Shown: positions 1-10,320 of the stretch, piece by piece
How positions within the stretch are numbered: the stretch's first letter is position 1
Layout: every line of letters begins with the position of its first letter
NCBI GenBank assembly: GCA_963720565.1
Contig: CAVRFW010000005.1
Coordinates: 128,001-192,000, forward strand
Direction: 5' to 3'
Length of the DNA stretch: 64,000 nucleotides
Source of the DNA: Candidatus Bathyarchaeota archaeon
Lineage (GTDB): Archaea > Thermoproteota > Bathyarchaeia > Bathyarchaeales > Bathycorpusculaceae
The notes under the pieces: generated by a model
What the model saw: the letters and a program-made list of their open reading frames with translations, nothing else
What the model was told of the DNA's origin: nothing
The model's database searches: none
Position numbers and translations under genes: made by a program

Positions 1-1399
1 CAGCAACTCTAACAACAATCGCCGTTATTCCTCCAGCGCCCATTCCATCTGTTAGGCTAAATTCTTTAGGAAAAACAGTGAAAGCACCTACTTCAAAAGG
101 ATAGGAGGGCAGAGAAATCACCTTTTCCAGACAAACAGAGGACAACTCTTGCAGAACCCCCAAGGATGCTTCCATGTCGTCCTCATCGTCTATGCTGTTG
201 TGTGCATTAACCATAAGGGCACAATTAAAACCATATTTCGCCACTTGTTCACGGACAAGTCGACCCAACTCTTGCGGCAAATCTTCAGTGGTTTTCGGCG
301 CTAAGGTGAAAGAAAGGAAAACGGTCTTTCCGAACACCTGACATGATACCGTGGCATAGTCATTAGTAACCTTCACAAAAGGAGAGGCTCTTTCCTCGGA
401 AGCTGCAAACCTGGCAGAATCAATTATCTCACGGATTATTCTGTGGTTCTGCTCCTGAGAGGCCAAGTCGAGTTCATGCCCTAGAAGACCCAAAGGGATA
501 CAAGAGGTACCGCCAAATTCCTTTTCAAACTCAAGTTTGAGCAAGGAGGGCAGTAGACTACTTCCGATGTTCTTGAATGGACCAGGGTGAACAAGAGGAA
601 CTATGATAGCAGCCTTAGGCACGGAAGCATCAAACTTCAGCAGAGCAGCTTCGATATCAGCGTTTTCACCCAATTTCTCAAGCAACTTCTCCAAGGGCGC
701 GTTCTCACCAACCACCCAATTCAACATAAAAGCCCTGAAGAGAGGCATCGCAGGCATCCCGTACGCTTGTTTCCCCAAACGGTCTAAAGTTAAAAGAAGA
801 AGATAGGCGGACAAGCTAGCTACTATTGCAGAAACAGCCAAAAAGGGCAGAAAACGAAAAGTAAAATCGCTGATGAGTTTCCCCCAAAAGTACACAAAGA
901 CACCTATGCATAGGAAAGGCTGAATAAAAGAAGCGAGCAAACGACGCAGCAACTTTTCAGATGAAGACGCCAGAAAAACAACGTTACGAAGAGTCACCAA
1001 AGCTGCAAAACCCAGAAGACATAGTTTAATCCACCACCAAACGTCAAATAGTGCTCCCAAGACGACGCCGACAATAATAAATAACAACCAGAGAACCCAG
1101 CCAAAGAGGGAAAGCGCGACTGTTCTTCTCGGTACATAAATTGGATCTTTTCCAAGTATGGTTCTGCTTATAACAATATCAATTAAAAGAGAAACGGCGA
1201 AAAGCGACGTGCCTAGCAGGAAGCTCCAGATAAATCCTTCAAGAGATGGAAAGAGAACAAAAGTCGAGAACCCAACAACACCAATACAGAGAACAGCCAT
1301 TCCAATAACAGCTCTTCTGAAGGATGGAAGGAAGAACAAAGACGAGTAGTGTTTCAACGCACTGTTCAAAGAGTGATTCAGCGAATTCTCTGTTGCCAT
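1..1399 (-). CDS. DUF2070-family membrane protein (runs off the window start)
   Basis: Hand-translated from ATG 1399 (MATENSLNHSLNSALKHYSSLFFLP...). Multi-TM N-terminus, then motifs VHPGPFKNIGSS and VNAHNS typical of DUF2070. Absent from the ORF track because it is truncated. Confidence 0.8.
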   Translation of the reverse strand, partial: MATENSLNHSLNSALKHYSSLFFLPSFRRAVIGMAVLCIGVVGFSTFVLFPSLEGFIWSFLLGTSLFAVSLLIDIVISRTILGKDPIYVPRRTVALSLFGWVLWLLFIIVGVVLGALFDVWWWIKLCLLGFAALVTLRNVVFLASSSEKLLRRLLASFIQPFLCIGVFVYFWGKLISDFTFRFLPFLAVSAIVASLSAYLLLLTLDRLGKQAYGMPAMPLFRAFMLNWVVGENAPLEKLLEKLGENADIEAALLKFDASVPKAAIIVPLVHPGPFKNIGSSLLPSLLKLEFEKEFGGTSCIPLGLLGHELDLASQEQNHRIIREIIDSARFAASEERASPFVKVTNDYATVSCQVFGKTVFLSFTLAPKTTEDLPQELGRLVREQVAKYGFNCALMVNAHNSIDDEDDMEASLGVLQELSSVCLEKVISLPSYPFEVGAFTVFPKEFSLTDGMGAGGITAIVVRVA

Positions 1400-1652
1400 A
1401 TCCACCAACTTAAGGACGGGTTTCTTATGAATTTAGACAGGATTATTAAAGTCTAGCCAAATCAGGCAGCATAACTATCACGAATCACGTTTCTTCAGCC
1501 ACAAGTTAAATGGTAACACAGAATGCTCAGCGACAAAGAACAAGAAGACCAAAGCAGTCTCCCGTGACATCCAGCAAATTGGAAAACTGTGAATGCTGCT
1601 GAGAGCAAGGGTTTTATCTATAGAGCACCTATTATAACGCTTTGCGAAGGCT

Positions 1653-1937
1653 ATGCCAGAGCAAGAACTGCCGCCGTCCATATTTCACATGCTCGAAAGG
1701 AACTTGGGAAAGAAAATTAGGGTTATTTTAGATCCAGCATACGGTTTTGAGGGAACGTTGGTCGCCGTAACCCATGAACCCTCTGGAATCTGGCTCTCTG
1801 AAGCTGAAGCCATAGTCTTAAGATCAACCATTGCTCAACCAATACCGCAGGTCGCCAGCAGGGAGGAAAGAAGCGAGCTATTCCTACATCTCAATTCGGT
1901 CCAAAGAATAGAAGTTCTACATATTCCCCGACGCTAA
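1653..1937 (+). CDS. Sm/LSm-like fold protein (atypical)
   Basis: N-terminal helix then LGKKIRVILDPAYGFEGTLVAV (Sm1-like) and LFLHLNSVQRIEV (Sm2-like). Confidence 0.6.
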   Translation: MPEQELPPSIFHMLERNLGKKIRVILDPAYGFEGTLVAVTHEPSGIWLSEAEAIVLRSTIAQPIPQVASREERSELFLHLNSVQRIEVLHIPRR

Positions 1938-1941
1938 ACGA

Positions 1942-2112
1942 CTATACAGGGAAAAACACTTGGGCTAAAACAGACAGCACCATCAAAGCAACTGAAAACA
2001 CAACGAGAAGTTCAGGCCTAATCTTTACGCCTTCAGTTTCTTCCTCAAAGAACCTCAGCAAACCCGCACTTGCAGCAGGCATTGGACCCGATTCTTTCTT
2101 CTTCTTGCTCAT
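1942..2112 (-). CDS. secG: Preprotein translocase subunit Sec61beta
   Basis: Hand-translated 56 aa MSKKKKESGPMPAASAGLLRFFEEETEGVKIRPELLVVFSVALMVLSVLAQVFFPV; diagnostic AGLLRFF-E...KI-PE motif plus one TM. Confidence 0.92.
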   Translation of the reverse strand: MSKKKKESGPMPAASAGLLRFFEEETEGVKIRPELLVVFSVALMVLSVLAQVFFPV

Positions 2113-2313
2113 CAAACTTCCCTGCTTCAGTTGCCCGAAGCAAGTGACTTCTATAGTTTTCTTTGTTATTAATGTTACGCAGTTTTCTTGTATTTCTTGA
2201 ATGTCTTTAAGCGCAAACGCAAGCTCGCACTTCCTGAACAGCTGACGACTTTTTAAGCGTTAACAAAACTTAGAGTTGGGGAGCAGTGACATGAATGGGA
2301 ACGGTGAAGGGTA

Positions 2314-2601
2314 TTGCATATACATGAATTTCAAGAGATGATGAGATACCTGTACATTCACAGGGATTCTGATCGTGGAGTAGAAGGAACGTATGATTGG
2401 CTTGTGGAGGAAGTTGAGGAATTGGGAGAAGCTTTGAAAGGAGAGGACAGTGAAGCTACTCAAAGAGAATTTGCCGATGTAATCGCGTGGCTATCGTCTC
2501 TTGCGAACATCGTTGGAATTGACCTTGAAAAGGCTGCAATAGAAAAGTATCGAAACGTGTGTCCAAAATGCGAAAAAGCACCGTGTCAATGCGAGTTTTA
2601 G
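2314..2601 (+). CDS. MazG-like nucleotide pyrophosphohydrolase
   Basis: WLVEEVEEL...EFADV motif, C-terminal CPKC-x3-PC-x-C; TTG start. Confidence 0.85.
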   Translation: MHIHEFQEMMRYLYIHRDSDRGVEGTYDWLVEEVEELGEALKGEDSEATQREFADVIAWLSSLANIVGIDLEKAAIEKYRNVCPKCEKAPCQCEF

Positions 2602-2861
2602 GCGACCAGGCGTTTTTGCCCTAAGCCAGTCAATTCCCAAACATAGGGGCGGTTCCCCTTCCGAAGGACAGTGTTTTCTTTCTCAAGCAACTTCAGATGG
2701 TGCGCTACAACACCATATGACAATGATGTTTCTTTTGCGATGCTAGAAGCATCAGAGATTCTTGTTTCAAGAAGGTTCAGCAACACAGTTCGCGCTTTGA
2801 GACCGTTTCTAATGTTTTTAATCTGCTGCATATAGGCGTTAGGATGGTAGGTTTTCTTGAT
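2598..2861 (-). CDS. Small winged-helix (ArsR-like) DNA-binding protein
   Basis: ASSIAKETSLSYGVVAHHLKLLE HTH. First ATG is at 2831; the frame extends to an ATC at 2861 behind a GGTGA SD. Confidence 0.7.
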   Translation of the reverse strand: MKKTYHPNAYMQQIKNIRNGLKARTVLLNLLETRISDASSIAKETSLSYGVVAHHLKLLEKENTVLRKGNRPYVWELTGLGQKRLVA

Positions 2862-2910
2862 GCAACTTCACCAAGTATAGATTTGTGACTCTTCTTGAAA
2901 AGCTTTAGTC

Positions 2911-5900
2911 TCAGGTAAAGTCTGCAAGACTAACCTGCTTGGGTTTTTTGTTATCGAACATTGAAGTAATTTCATCCTTTATTAAGGCAATACGTTGAGC
3001 GTAGTATTTTGGCAAGGCGTACTTGTCAATCAACCGTTGCGCTGCAGCAAGGTATTTTTCGATACCGCCACGGTAGACTGTCAGGGTTAGCAGACCGCCA
3101 CAGAAAGGACATTTCCCGCGAAGGGGTAAACGACGGAACCGTTTGTTGCACGATTTGCATCTAAACCCCTGGGTTGAGAAGGCACGAAGGTTGCCAGCAA
3201 TATCTCGAATGAAATGGGTCGTCAAAACCTTCAATGCAACATATCGCACATCAACTGCATCGATTCTTTCTCCCAAGTCAAGCTGCATGTTCAGTTTTTC
3301 AATCATAGACTTGAACTGTTTATATGAGCTATCTGCGTTGCCCAAATTTACGTTTGAAACAGGAGTTGTAAACTTGAAGCCTTCAAACTGTGCTTCGGTA
3401 CCAAGTCTATGACCAACAATATCCATCAAAGGCCGAACCGCCCTTGCTTCAACCCTTTCCATAGTCTTTTCGTAAAATTCGAGAGGATAATCCTCATCAA
3501 CATCAAAATCATGTGCCTGCCGCTGAACTTCCTTGGTGTTAATAAACGGTGTCAAAAGCAAAGGAGCATCCATTATTCCTCCTATCTGGGCTGGCAGGTA
3601 TACACGTGAGAAATTTAGGAGCGTGTCCAAAGCAAGCATTATAGTGTCTTCGTCACCGTCGCAGTCACGCCGCTTAGCCGAATGCCACACTGGATGAGCG
3701 TAGCAGAGATGCAAATTTGTGAAGCCAATGATTCGTCCCAAGATACTTACGCAAGTGTGAGGAGCCAAGCCCATAACCAAGTGCCCAATAAGATCCTCGG
3801 CGCAAGTAACCTTGTAGTAGCTTGGAAGCTTGTAAACTCGGGTCAGAAGATCGTCTATGAAAGCTGATATTCTTAGGAAGTACTCTGCAGCAGTCCAGGG
3901 AATCACAACATCTTGAATTTTAAGCTCTAAAACCTGATCTGGATCAGTGAGAGGCGCCCCATGAATATCATGAGAGTAACCTAGCAGCCTGAGCTTTTCC
4001 ACTCTGACGCCGACTTCAGCAGGTTTGAAATGAGTCAAAGGCGCGTTTGTAGCGTCGAACCGGATTGTCCCATCCTTGTAAACAGACAAATCGTGCTTAG
4101 CCCGCAAAACACCTTTTTCAATAATCTCAGGAGTCTTGTTTTGATTTGTCATTCCCTTAACACCTTTCAGGATCTTAGGAAGAGGAACATCTATCGATTT
4201 GCACGAGTTCTCTAGCAAATCCCTGAAGTTAACAGCACATCTTTGATATTGCACCGCTTCAGCTTTGCAGGTGGGACAAATAGAAGATTTCAAAGACCTC
4301 CCGCAACGCGGGCAACTATTCTCGACGTCTGTCTCGCATCCACAGTCAAAACATTTCACTCTGTCAGTGTAGATCTTGCAATTCGGGCACTTACGCCTGG
4401 CTACCTCAACAAACACAGGCCCCTTCTTACCCGCCTCCACCAAGTCTCTATGAGAACCCCCAGCCAAGCTGACCGGATAGAGAACGTGAACCAAAGGTTT
4501 CATCTCTCGCCTCTTCGCCTTCTCAGGTCTTCCCATACGCGCGCCCACGAACGTAGGAGACTTGTCCCTAATCTCCACACCAGAAAGAAATGTCACCGCC
4601 TTCAGCGCGGATTCCGCAGTTACTGTATCCAAGGTTCGAAAAGTACCATAACCGAGACAGAAGGCAAATGCCCACGCGTCTGTTCCCTCAATGACAATAT
4701 TCTCCTCTAGCACTCTGTGAGGGGCAAAAATTTTTCTACACGCCTGAACTACGCTGGAGTCACTCTTCCCAACAATCCTGCTCACAAAGCCATTCTCGGA
4801 AGTCACTTCAGAGTCTGAGAGCCATTTCCACAAAACCTCAACTTCTTGTGTAGAAGATAGATTAGACCAGAAAAAAGTGAAGGCTGGATGCAGAGGCACA
4901 TGGAATTTATGAGACAAAATAGTCGCTTCCTCAGCAGACGGCTTGTTGCTGAAGGAGTCCTGCAACAAGGCTTCAAGTCTTTCCTCAGAAATTTTCGAGA
5001 GTTCCGAAACCTTCTTCAGGTCACACCCAAAACTCTCATCAAACGCCTTTCTTAAGTCCTTAACCCACCATTCTTCAACGTAACCAGAAGGCGAGAGAGC
5101 TTTGCTGGTGTAAAGAAAATCTCCGTAACTTATCAAAATATCGCCCAAGAAAAGGATCTTGGATATTTTTCCCTTAAAATCACCGAAGTTTTCAACGGAA
5201 ACGCGAGCTACTGAACCATCCTTTAACAGGACCACAGGGGGCTCCAGAGCATCCACAGGTACTGTGACACAGCCTTTTCCAGGCAGCTCTATACGCATTT
5301 GAGTACCAGCCGCCAGAAACTTGTCAACCACAAGCATGGTTGCCGGGTGAACCCCCACAGCTGACAACCCAGTGTTTCTCGACCGACCATATCTTAGCCT
5401 AAAACCTCCGCGCCTCGAAGGAAAGGAAAAAATGGGGCGCCCAGCAATAACGTCATCCATGAAGCCAGCGGATTTCTTTTCAGATTTTTTCCGGAACTCT
5501 CCAAGCCAATCCCATCCTTGAAAGCCAAGTTTTTCGACAATAACCAAAACCTTCGGAGCTCGTCCTACGATGCCGTCGTTGACTACTCTGAGCGCTCCGC
5601 CTCTAACGCGATTAGTCTCCACTCTCTGAAGGTTCCTAAAAGAGGAGACTTCAACGGGGTCAGATTCTGTGCCAGTAACCTCAACAGGAAGCCAATTGAG
5701 TGCTTTCTTCAACTCTTCATCTGGAATATGATATTGGAAACGCCCTACCGACCGTTCGTATAGGCGAAGTTCCTCAAGGAATCGAGATATTTCCTCCGCC
5801 GTAGGTTTATACCGGTCAAGTCCGAGCAGTTTGCGTACAAAGTCACCTACAACAAGTGTCAGAGCTTGGTCTGTCCCTCCAGCCGACCTTATTGGTCCTG

Positions 5901-6348
5901 CGAAATATATACCAAGATACTTTGTACGGTCAAGGTTTGATTTTATTTTAACCTGAGCGATACCTTGTATAGGTGCTGCTGTGAGGCCTTCTGTGAAAAT
6001 CGCTAGCGCCGTACGAATTGCTTGTTCTGCTGCTGCTTCAGGTTCCATGTGCCCAAATTTGCCATGGATTATTTCTTCTGCGACTTTGAAAGCTATTTCT
6101 TCCCTTTCAAGTCTCGTGCTTAGTGCTCTTATGCTAACAGCTACATCCTTTGGTCCCACAAGTCCTTCCACGAGATCAGCTATGTCTTTAGCAATCACGC
6201 ATTCAGTCTTTAAAGTCGGATCGACCCCCTTTTCCCTTGCGTTTGCACTTATCGTATACAATAGCTCGAGCTGTTTTTCCAGGCTTCGGATATACGATTG
6301 ATAGGATTCACTCATATTATTGTTCAAGCACTTGCTCTCCGTGTACAT
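2911..6348 (-). CDS. polC: DNA polymerase D large subunit DP2
   Basis: AGPIRSAGGT, GGFRLRYGRSRNTG, KRRDCDGDED catalytic motif, Zn fingers; no intein seen. True start may be a few codons downstream. Confidence 0.97.
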   Translation of the reverse strand: MYTESKCLNNNMSESYQSYIRSLEKQLELLYTISANAREKGVDPTLKTECVIAKDIADLVEGLVGPKDVAVSIRALSTRLEREEIAFKVAEEIIHGKFGHMEPEAAAEQAIRTALAIFTEGLTAAPIQGIAQVKIKSNLDRTKYLGIYFAGPIRSAGGTDQALTLVVGDFVRKLLGLDRYKPTAEEISRFLEELRLYERSVGRFQYHIPDEELKKALNWLPVEVTGTESDPVEVSSFRNLQRVETNRVRGGALRVVNDGIVGRAPKVLVIVEKLGFQGWDWLGEFRKKSEKKSAGFMDDVIAGRPIFSFPSRRGGFRLRYGRSRNTGLSAVGVHPATMLVVDKFLAAGTQMRIELPGKGCVTVPVDALEPPVVLLKDGSVARVSVENFGDFKGKISKILFLGDILISYGDFLYTSKALSPSGYVEEWWVKDLRKAFDESFGCDLKKVSELSKISEERLEALLQDSFSNKPSAEEATILSHKFHVPLHPAFTFFWSNLSSTQEVEVLWKWLSDSEVTSENGFVSRIVGKSDSSVVQACRKIFAPHRVLEENIVIEGTDAWAFAFCLGYGTFRTLDTVTAESALKAVTFLSGVEIRDKSPTFVGARMGRPEKAKRREMKPLVHVLYPVSLAGGSHRDLVEAGKKGPVFVEVARRKCPNCKIYTDRVKCFDCGCETDVENSCPRCGRSLKSSICPTCKAEAVQYQRCAVNFRDLLENSCKSIDVPLPKILKGVKGMTNQNKTPEIIEKGVLRAKHDLSVYKDGTIRFDATNAPLTHFKPAEVGVRVEKLRLLGYSHDIHGAPLTDPDQVLELKIQDVVIPWTAAEYFLRISAFIDDLLTRVYKLPSYYKVTCAEDLIGHLVMGLAPHTCVSILGRIIGFTNLHLCYAHPVWHSAKRRDCDGDEDTIMLALDTLLNFSRVYLPAQIGGIMDAPLLLTPFINTKEVQRQAHDFDVDEDYPLEFYEKTMERVEARAVRPLMDIVGHRLGTEAQFEGFKFTTPVSNVNLGNADSSYKQFKSMIEKLNMQLDLGERIDAVDVRYVALKVLTTHFIRDIAGNLRAFSTQGFRCKSCNKRFRRLPLRGKCPFCGGLLTLTVYRGGIEKYLAAAQRLIDKYALPKYYAQRIALIKDEITSMFDNKKPKQVSLADFT

Positions 6349-6441
6349 GGCAATATCGCATTTATTTTGACTTTCTAACAGAAGAACCGAAATAGCCTAT
6401 TGCAAAAGCAAATCACTTTGTCGGATTCAACTCAAACAAAC

Positions 6442-7200
6442 TCAAGTTCTACATCTTTTTATTCCATCTACAATTTCTGAAATCTGCCGCAAAGCATCAT
6501 CGCTTTCAATAAGGTTCCCCGTGACAATTATGTCTGCACCAGCTAAAGCTGCTGTTACAGCTTGCTCCTTGGTTCTTATTCCGCCACCTACTACCAGTGG
6601 GATATCAACGACCTTCTTAACAGTGTGAATCATTTCCGGAGGAACAGGATTCTTTGCTCCTGAGCCACCTTCAAGATAGATGAAGTGCATACCCAAGTAC
6701 TTAGCAGCAAGTGCATGAGCAGCGGCAAGTTCTGGTTTGTCATATGGGACAGGGATTGCTTTGCCAATTATGCTTGCTGTTCCGCCTTCACCCACAATTA
6801 TGTATCCCATCGATATGGGCTCCAAACCGAACTTCCGAACGAGAGGAGCCCCCAAAACGTGTGCGCCTATTATGAAGTACGGATCTACAGAGTTCAAAAG
6901 AGACATGAACCATATGGCATCTGCGTGTTGACTTATACCCGATACATTGTTAGGAAAAAGGATAGTTGGAAGATTAACCGTGCTTTTAATTGCTTTGACA
7001 ACGGCGTCAAGATGAACCTGCGAAACAAAAGTGGATCCTCCCACCATTATAGCTGCAGAATCACTTGCTTTCGAGTTTTCAGCAACTTGTGATGCTTGAT
7101 CAGGCGTTATCTTCTCAGGATCAACAAGAGTTATGTGAATAGAACGTTCTGCATTAATCTTTTCAAGTAAATATTTCTCAACAAGCCCTGGCAAAGGCAT
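6442..7200 (-). CDS. Geranylgeranylglyceryl phosphate synthase
   Basis: HITLVDPEK, IMVGGS, YLEGGSGA, VGGGIR motifs. Confidence 0.93.
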   Translation of the reverse strand: MPLPGLVEKYLLEKINAERSIHITLVDPEKITPDQASQVAENSKASDSAAIMVGGSTFVSQVHLDAVVKAIKSTVNLPTILFPNNVSGISQHADAIWFMSLLNSVDPYFIIGAHVLGAPLVRKFGLEPISMGYIIVGEGGTASIIGKAIPVPYDKPELAAAHALAAKYLGMHFIYLEGGSGAKNPVPPEMIHTVKKVVDIPLVVGGGIRTKEQAVTAALAGADIIVTGNLIESDDALRQISEIVDGIKRCRT

Positions 7201-7212
7201 ATCCCCTATTCG

Positions 7213-7476
7213 CTAAGCTTTTTCAGCGCCAGTTGCAGATCTTCTTGAAGAACCATAAATTCTGTCAGTCAACTTACAATAAACGTCAACTTCTCCTTGA
7301 GCAGACTTGATTGTGAATTCTTCCTGAAGACCACAACTACTGCAACCTGCTATAGCGCGAGACTCTTCCCTGAAAATTTCAACCCTAACAGTCTCTTTTC
7401 CGCATTTTGGGCAAGAGAAGAACTTTGGTAAACGTTTCTTAGGAATGTGAACAACTTTCTTCCTTCTTCGCCCCAT
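7213..7476 (-). CDS. elf1: Transcription elongation factor Elf1
   Basis: MGRRRKK...F-CPKCG...CSSCG...VDVY pattern. Confidence 0.9.
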   Translation of the reverse strand: MGRRRKKVVHIPKKRLPKFFSCPKCGKETVRVEIFREESRAIAGCSSCGLQEEFTIKSAQGEVDVYCKLTDRIYGSSRRSATGAEKA

Positions 7477-7574
7477 AGCAACAACCGTCCTAATAGCAAG
7501 ATTACAATCCCTTATTATTTGTGCTTGTCCTTAAATATTTGCCTAATCCATAAAAAACAGGAAGGTACGCATAA

Positions 7575-8417
7575 ATGCAATTAGCATCCGACACTCTAGA
7601 AATAGACTTGTCAGAAGCCCTTACAAGAATCAAACTTTTCATTGAAGAATACATTAATAACGCGGGCGTAGATGGCATAGTGCTCGGTCTATCCGGTGGC
7701 ATTGACAGTAGCGTAGTGGCTGCGCTATGCAGCCTTTCGATAGGAGGAAACCGAGTGTTGGGTCTCCTGCTACCGGAGAGAGAAACGTACGACCCCAAAG
7801 ACATTGACGATGCAAAGTTCGTTGCAGAAAAATTCGGCATACAAACACAGGTCTGTGATATCACGCCTACGTTGAAAAGCCTCTATGCCACCATTCCTGT
7901 TTTTGATTCGAAAGAAAAGATTTGCAAAGGCAACATAAAAGCAAGAGCCAGAATGATTTACTTATACTACTATGCGAACAAATTGAACAGGATTGTATGC
8001 GGCAGCTCCGACAAGTCGGAAACAATGATGGGATACTTTACTAAATGGGGAGATGCAGCGGCAGACATAGCGCCAATTATGGATTTGTATAAGACCCAAG
8101 TCCGAAAACTCGCCATTCATTTGGGATTTCCTGATAAACTCGCAAACAAACCGGCTACTCCTGCTTTGTGGCCTGGTCAGCTTGCCGAAACAGAACTCGG
8201 CGTTAAATACGAAATCCTTGACCTTATTCTTTATGGACTTGAAAGGTTTATGACTGTGGAAGAAATAGCGCATCAATTAAACGTCAATCTTACTCTTGTT
8301 AAGAAAGTCAGAAACAAATGGCTATCAGCAGAGCACAAAAGGAGAACTCCATTGACAGTTAAGCTTGGATACAGAACCGTGGGAATAGATTTTCGACTCC
8401 CAAGAAGCGGAAACTAA
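7575..8417 (+). CDS. nadE: NH3-dependent NAD+ synthetase
   Basis: GLSGGIDS, GNIKARARM, GYFTKWGD motifs. Confidence 0.95.
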   Translation: MQLASDTLEIDLSEALTRIKLFIEEYINNAGVDGIVLGLSGGIDSSVVAALCSLSIGGNRVLGLLLPERETYDPKDIDDAKFVAEKFGIQTQVCDITPTLKSLYATIPVFDSKEKICKGNIKARARMIYLYYYANKLNRIVCGSSDKSETMMGYFTKWGDAAADIAPIMDLYKTQVRKLAIHLGFPDKLANKPATPALWPGQLAETELGVKYEILDLILYGLERFMTVEEIAHQLNVNLTLVKKVRNKWLSAEHKRRTPLTVKLGYRTVGIDFRLPRSGN

Positions 8418-8439
8418 CTGCTTAAGAGGGTCGTGGAAA

Positions 8440-9270
8440 ATGGAAAAAATCAGAATTGCTCTTGCACAGATTAACTCTAAACGTCAAAACAAGAAAGAGA
8501 ACCTTCAGAAAATCGAAGAATTCACCAAGAAAGCTAGAAATCAAGCTGCTGACCTAATTGTTTTTCCAGAACTCTCTCTAACCGGATATGTCATGAGAGA
8601 TCAAGTTTATGAACAGGCTGAAACAATACCTGGTCCATCGAGCAGAATAATAGAAAGTATATCAAGAAAGAATGGGATAGCCATTGTTTTTGGCATGCCA
8701 GAGCTTAGCAAGAAGGCCAAAGCAACAATATTCAACACTGCTGTCTTTGTGGGAACAAGAGGCTTAATCGGAAAGTATCGAAAAATGTATCTACCCACCC
8801 ATAGCGTCTTCGAGGAGAAAAGATATTTCCGCCCCGGACACCAAACAGTTACACTTAACACAGCCTTAGGCAATATTGGCCTCTGCATATGCTACGACCT
8901 GTTTTTTCCAGAGGTGTGTCGCCTTACCCGGTTGAAAGGTGCACAACTAATAGTAGTCATCTCAGCTTCGCCAGCAGTTCGCAAAAACTACTTTGAGGTT
9001 TTAACCACTGCTAGAGCTCTCGAAAATACGGCTTTCCTCGCATATGTTAATATGGTAGGTGTGGAGGACGGCCTGCAATTTTGGGGTGGAAGCAGACTTA
9101 TCGGACCAACGGGGGACCTTCTAGCAATAGCAAAGTATGACCAGGAAGACCTCGTTGTCTGCGACTTAAACTACAACGATATAAGAACAGCCGAACCCTC
9201 TATCCCCACACTCAGAGACCTGCGCCCAGAACTCTTCGATGAGCTCAAGAGAGAGTCAGAGCAATTCTAA
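8440..9270 (+). CDS. Carbon-nitrogen hydrolase (nitrilase superfamily)
   Basis: FPEL, YRK, ICYD catalytic Glu-Lys-Cys motifs; 22 bp after nadE on the same strand. Confidence 0.9.
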   Translation: MEKIRIALAQINSKRQNKKENLQKIEEFTKKARNQAADLIVFPELSLTGYVMRDQVYEQAETIPGPSSRIIESISRKNGIAIVFGMPELSKKAKATIFNTAVFVGTRGLIGKYRKMYLPTHSVFEEKRYFRPGHQTVTLNTALGNIGLCICYDLFFPEVCRLTRLKGAQLIVVISASPAVRKNYFEVLTTARALENTAFLAYVNMVGVEDGLQFWGGSRLIGPTGDLLAIAKYDQEDLVVCDLNYNDIRTAEPSIPTLRDLRPELFDELKRESEQF

Positions 9271-9322
9271 CTCACGAACTCGTAAGAACCACAGGAATGT
9301 GCAAAATGCAGTAACGAATGAA

Positions 9323-9405
9323 ATCACAGTAATATCACAATGCCTGTGATATCATAGAATCACCAAATGCATGAACCGTGATGCTTTGTGACAAGTGATG
9401 TCACA
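9323..9405. repeat. Cluster of TGTGA/TCACA palindromic repeats (array 1)
   Basis: AGTAATATCACA 9328-9339, TGTGATATCATA 9345-9356, TGTGACAAGTGATGTCACA 9387-9405. Confidence 0.75.
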
Positions 9406-9840
9406 CTATTCAGAGGAGCCCTCTGAAATAGAGTTTTCTCTCCGAGAAACCAATCAAACGAAAGTCGAATAGATAAGAACGGCAGAAAGCGTGAAAACTT
9501 GATTAGCAAGCTCTTACGGAACAACTATGTCAGAAAAACGAAGAGGCTAACAAGTTTCAAACAGTCAAAACAAATAACTACCAATTAGAACGCCTTTCAA
9601 GTCCAATAAAAAACGTCAAAAAATACCTCTTATCAATATTATAACCCTAGAATCATTTCAAAACAATTAATAGCCACATTTCTAACCCTTTTTGCGAATT
9701 AAACCAAAATTATGAACTTTTCGATACTAAAATAGAGCTGAAGAGAGATTTTGGCCTGCTTTTTGGAGCCTACGAAAGATTTAAAGATGAAGCGCGTATA
9801 CAAAATTGTATGCATTTAACATTACCGAGGAGCAACGAAA

Positions 9841-10320
9841 ATGAAACTAAAAGAAGGCGTTCAAGCATGGCTAAATGGAGCATTAAGTGACCCCGTTGTC
9901 AAAATTCTCGCTAAAAATAGTCAATTAACAAGAACGCAACTCGAAACATTGCTCATAGACGTTTTAGCCGAGAATTTATCAAATAAACAGCTAAATTACG
10001 ACGAAAAAGCCAGATTAAGGCTAACAAACGCCAAAATAAGTCGCGGTGCCTTCAACAGGACATTAAAACAGTCAAAAGAAAATGTCATAAAATCGATCTA
10101 CACAGTTCTCCTTCTAGGCTACTTAGGCATCTTTGAAAGCACAACTTTAGACCCCTACATCGAGATAGCTAACAAATTACACGAGTACATTGAAGCTCAC
10201 AAAGGCAACCTCAATGAGGGTGAAGATACATAAGACCATCTAAAAGTCATTGATATCATCAGAAAGGAGCTAGAAACGAGCCTAAAACAGCTCTCAAGTC
10301 CATCAAAAGACACTCTGTGA
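9841..10320 (+). CDS. Putative HTH DNA-binding protein with in-frame TAA at 10231-10233
   Basis: LTRTQLETL...ISRGAFNRTLKQ resembles an HTH. The frame continues past TAA as DHLKVIDIIRKELETSLKQLSSPSKDTL to TGA 10320. Confidence 0.6.
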
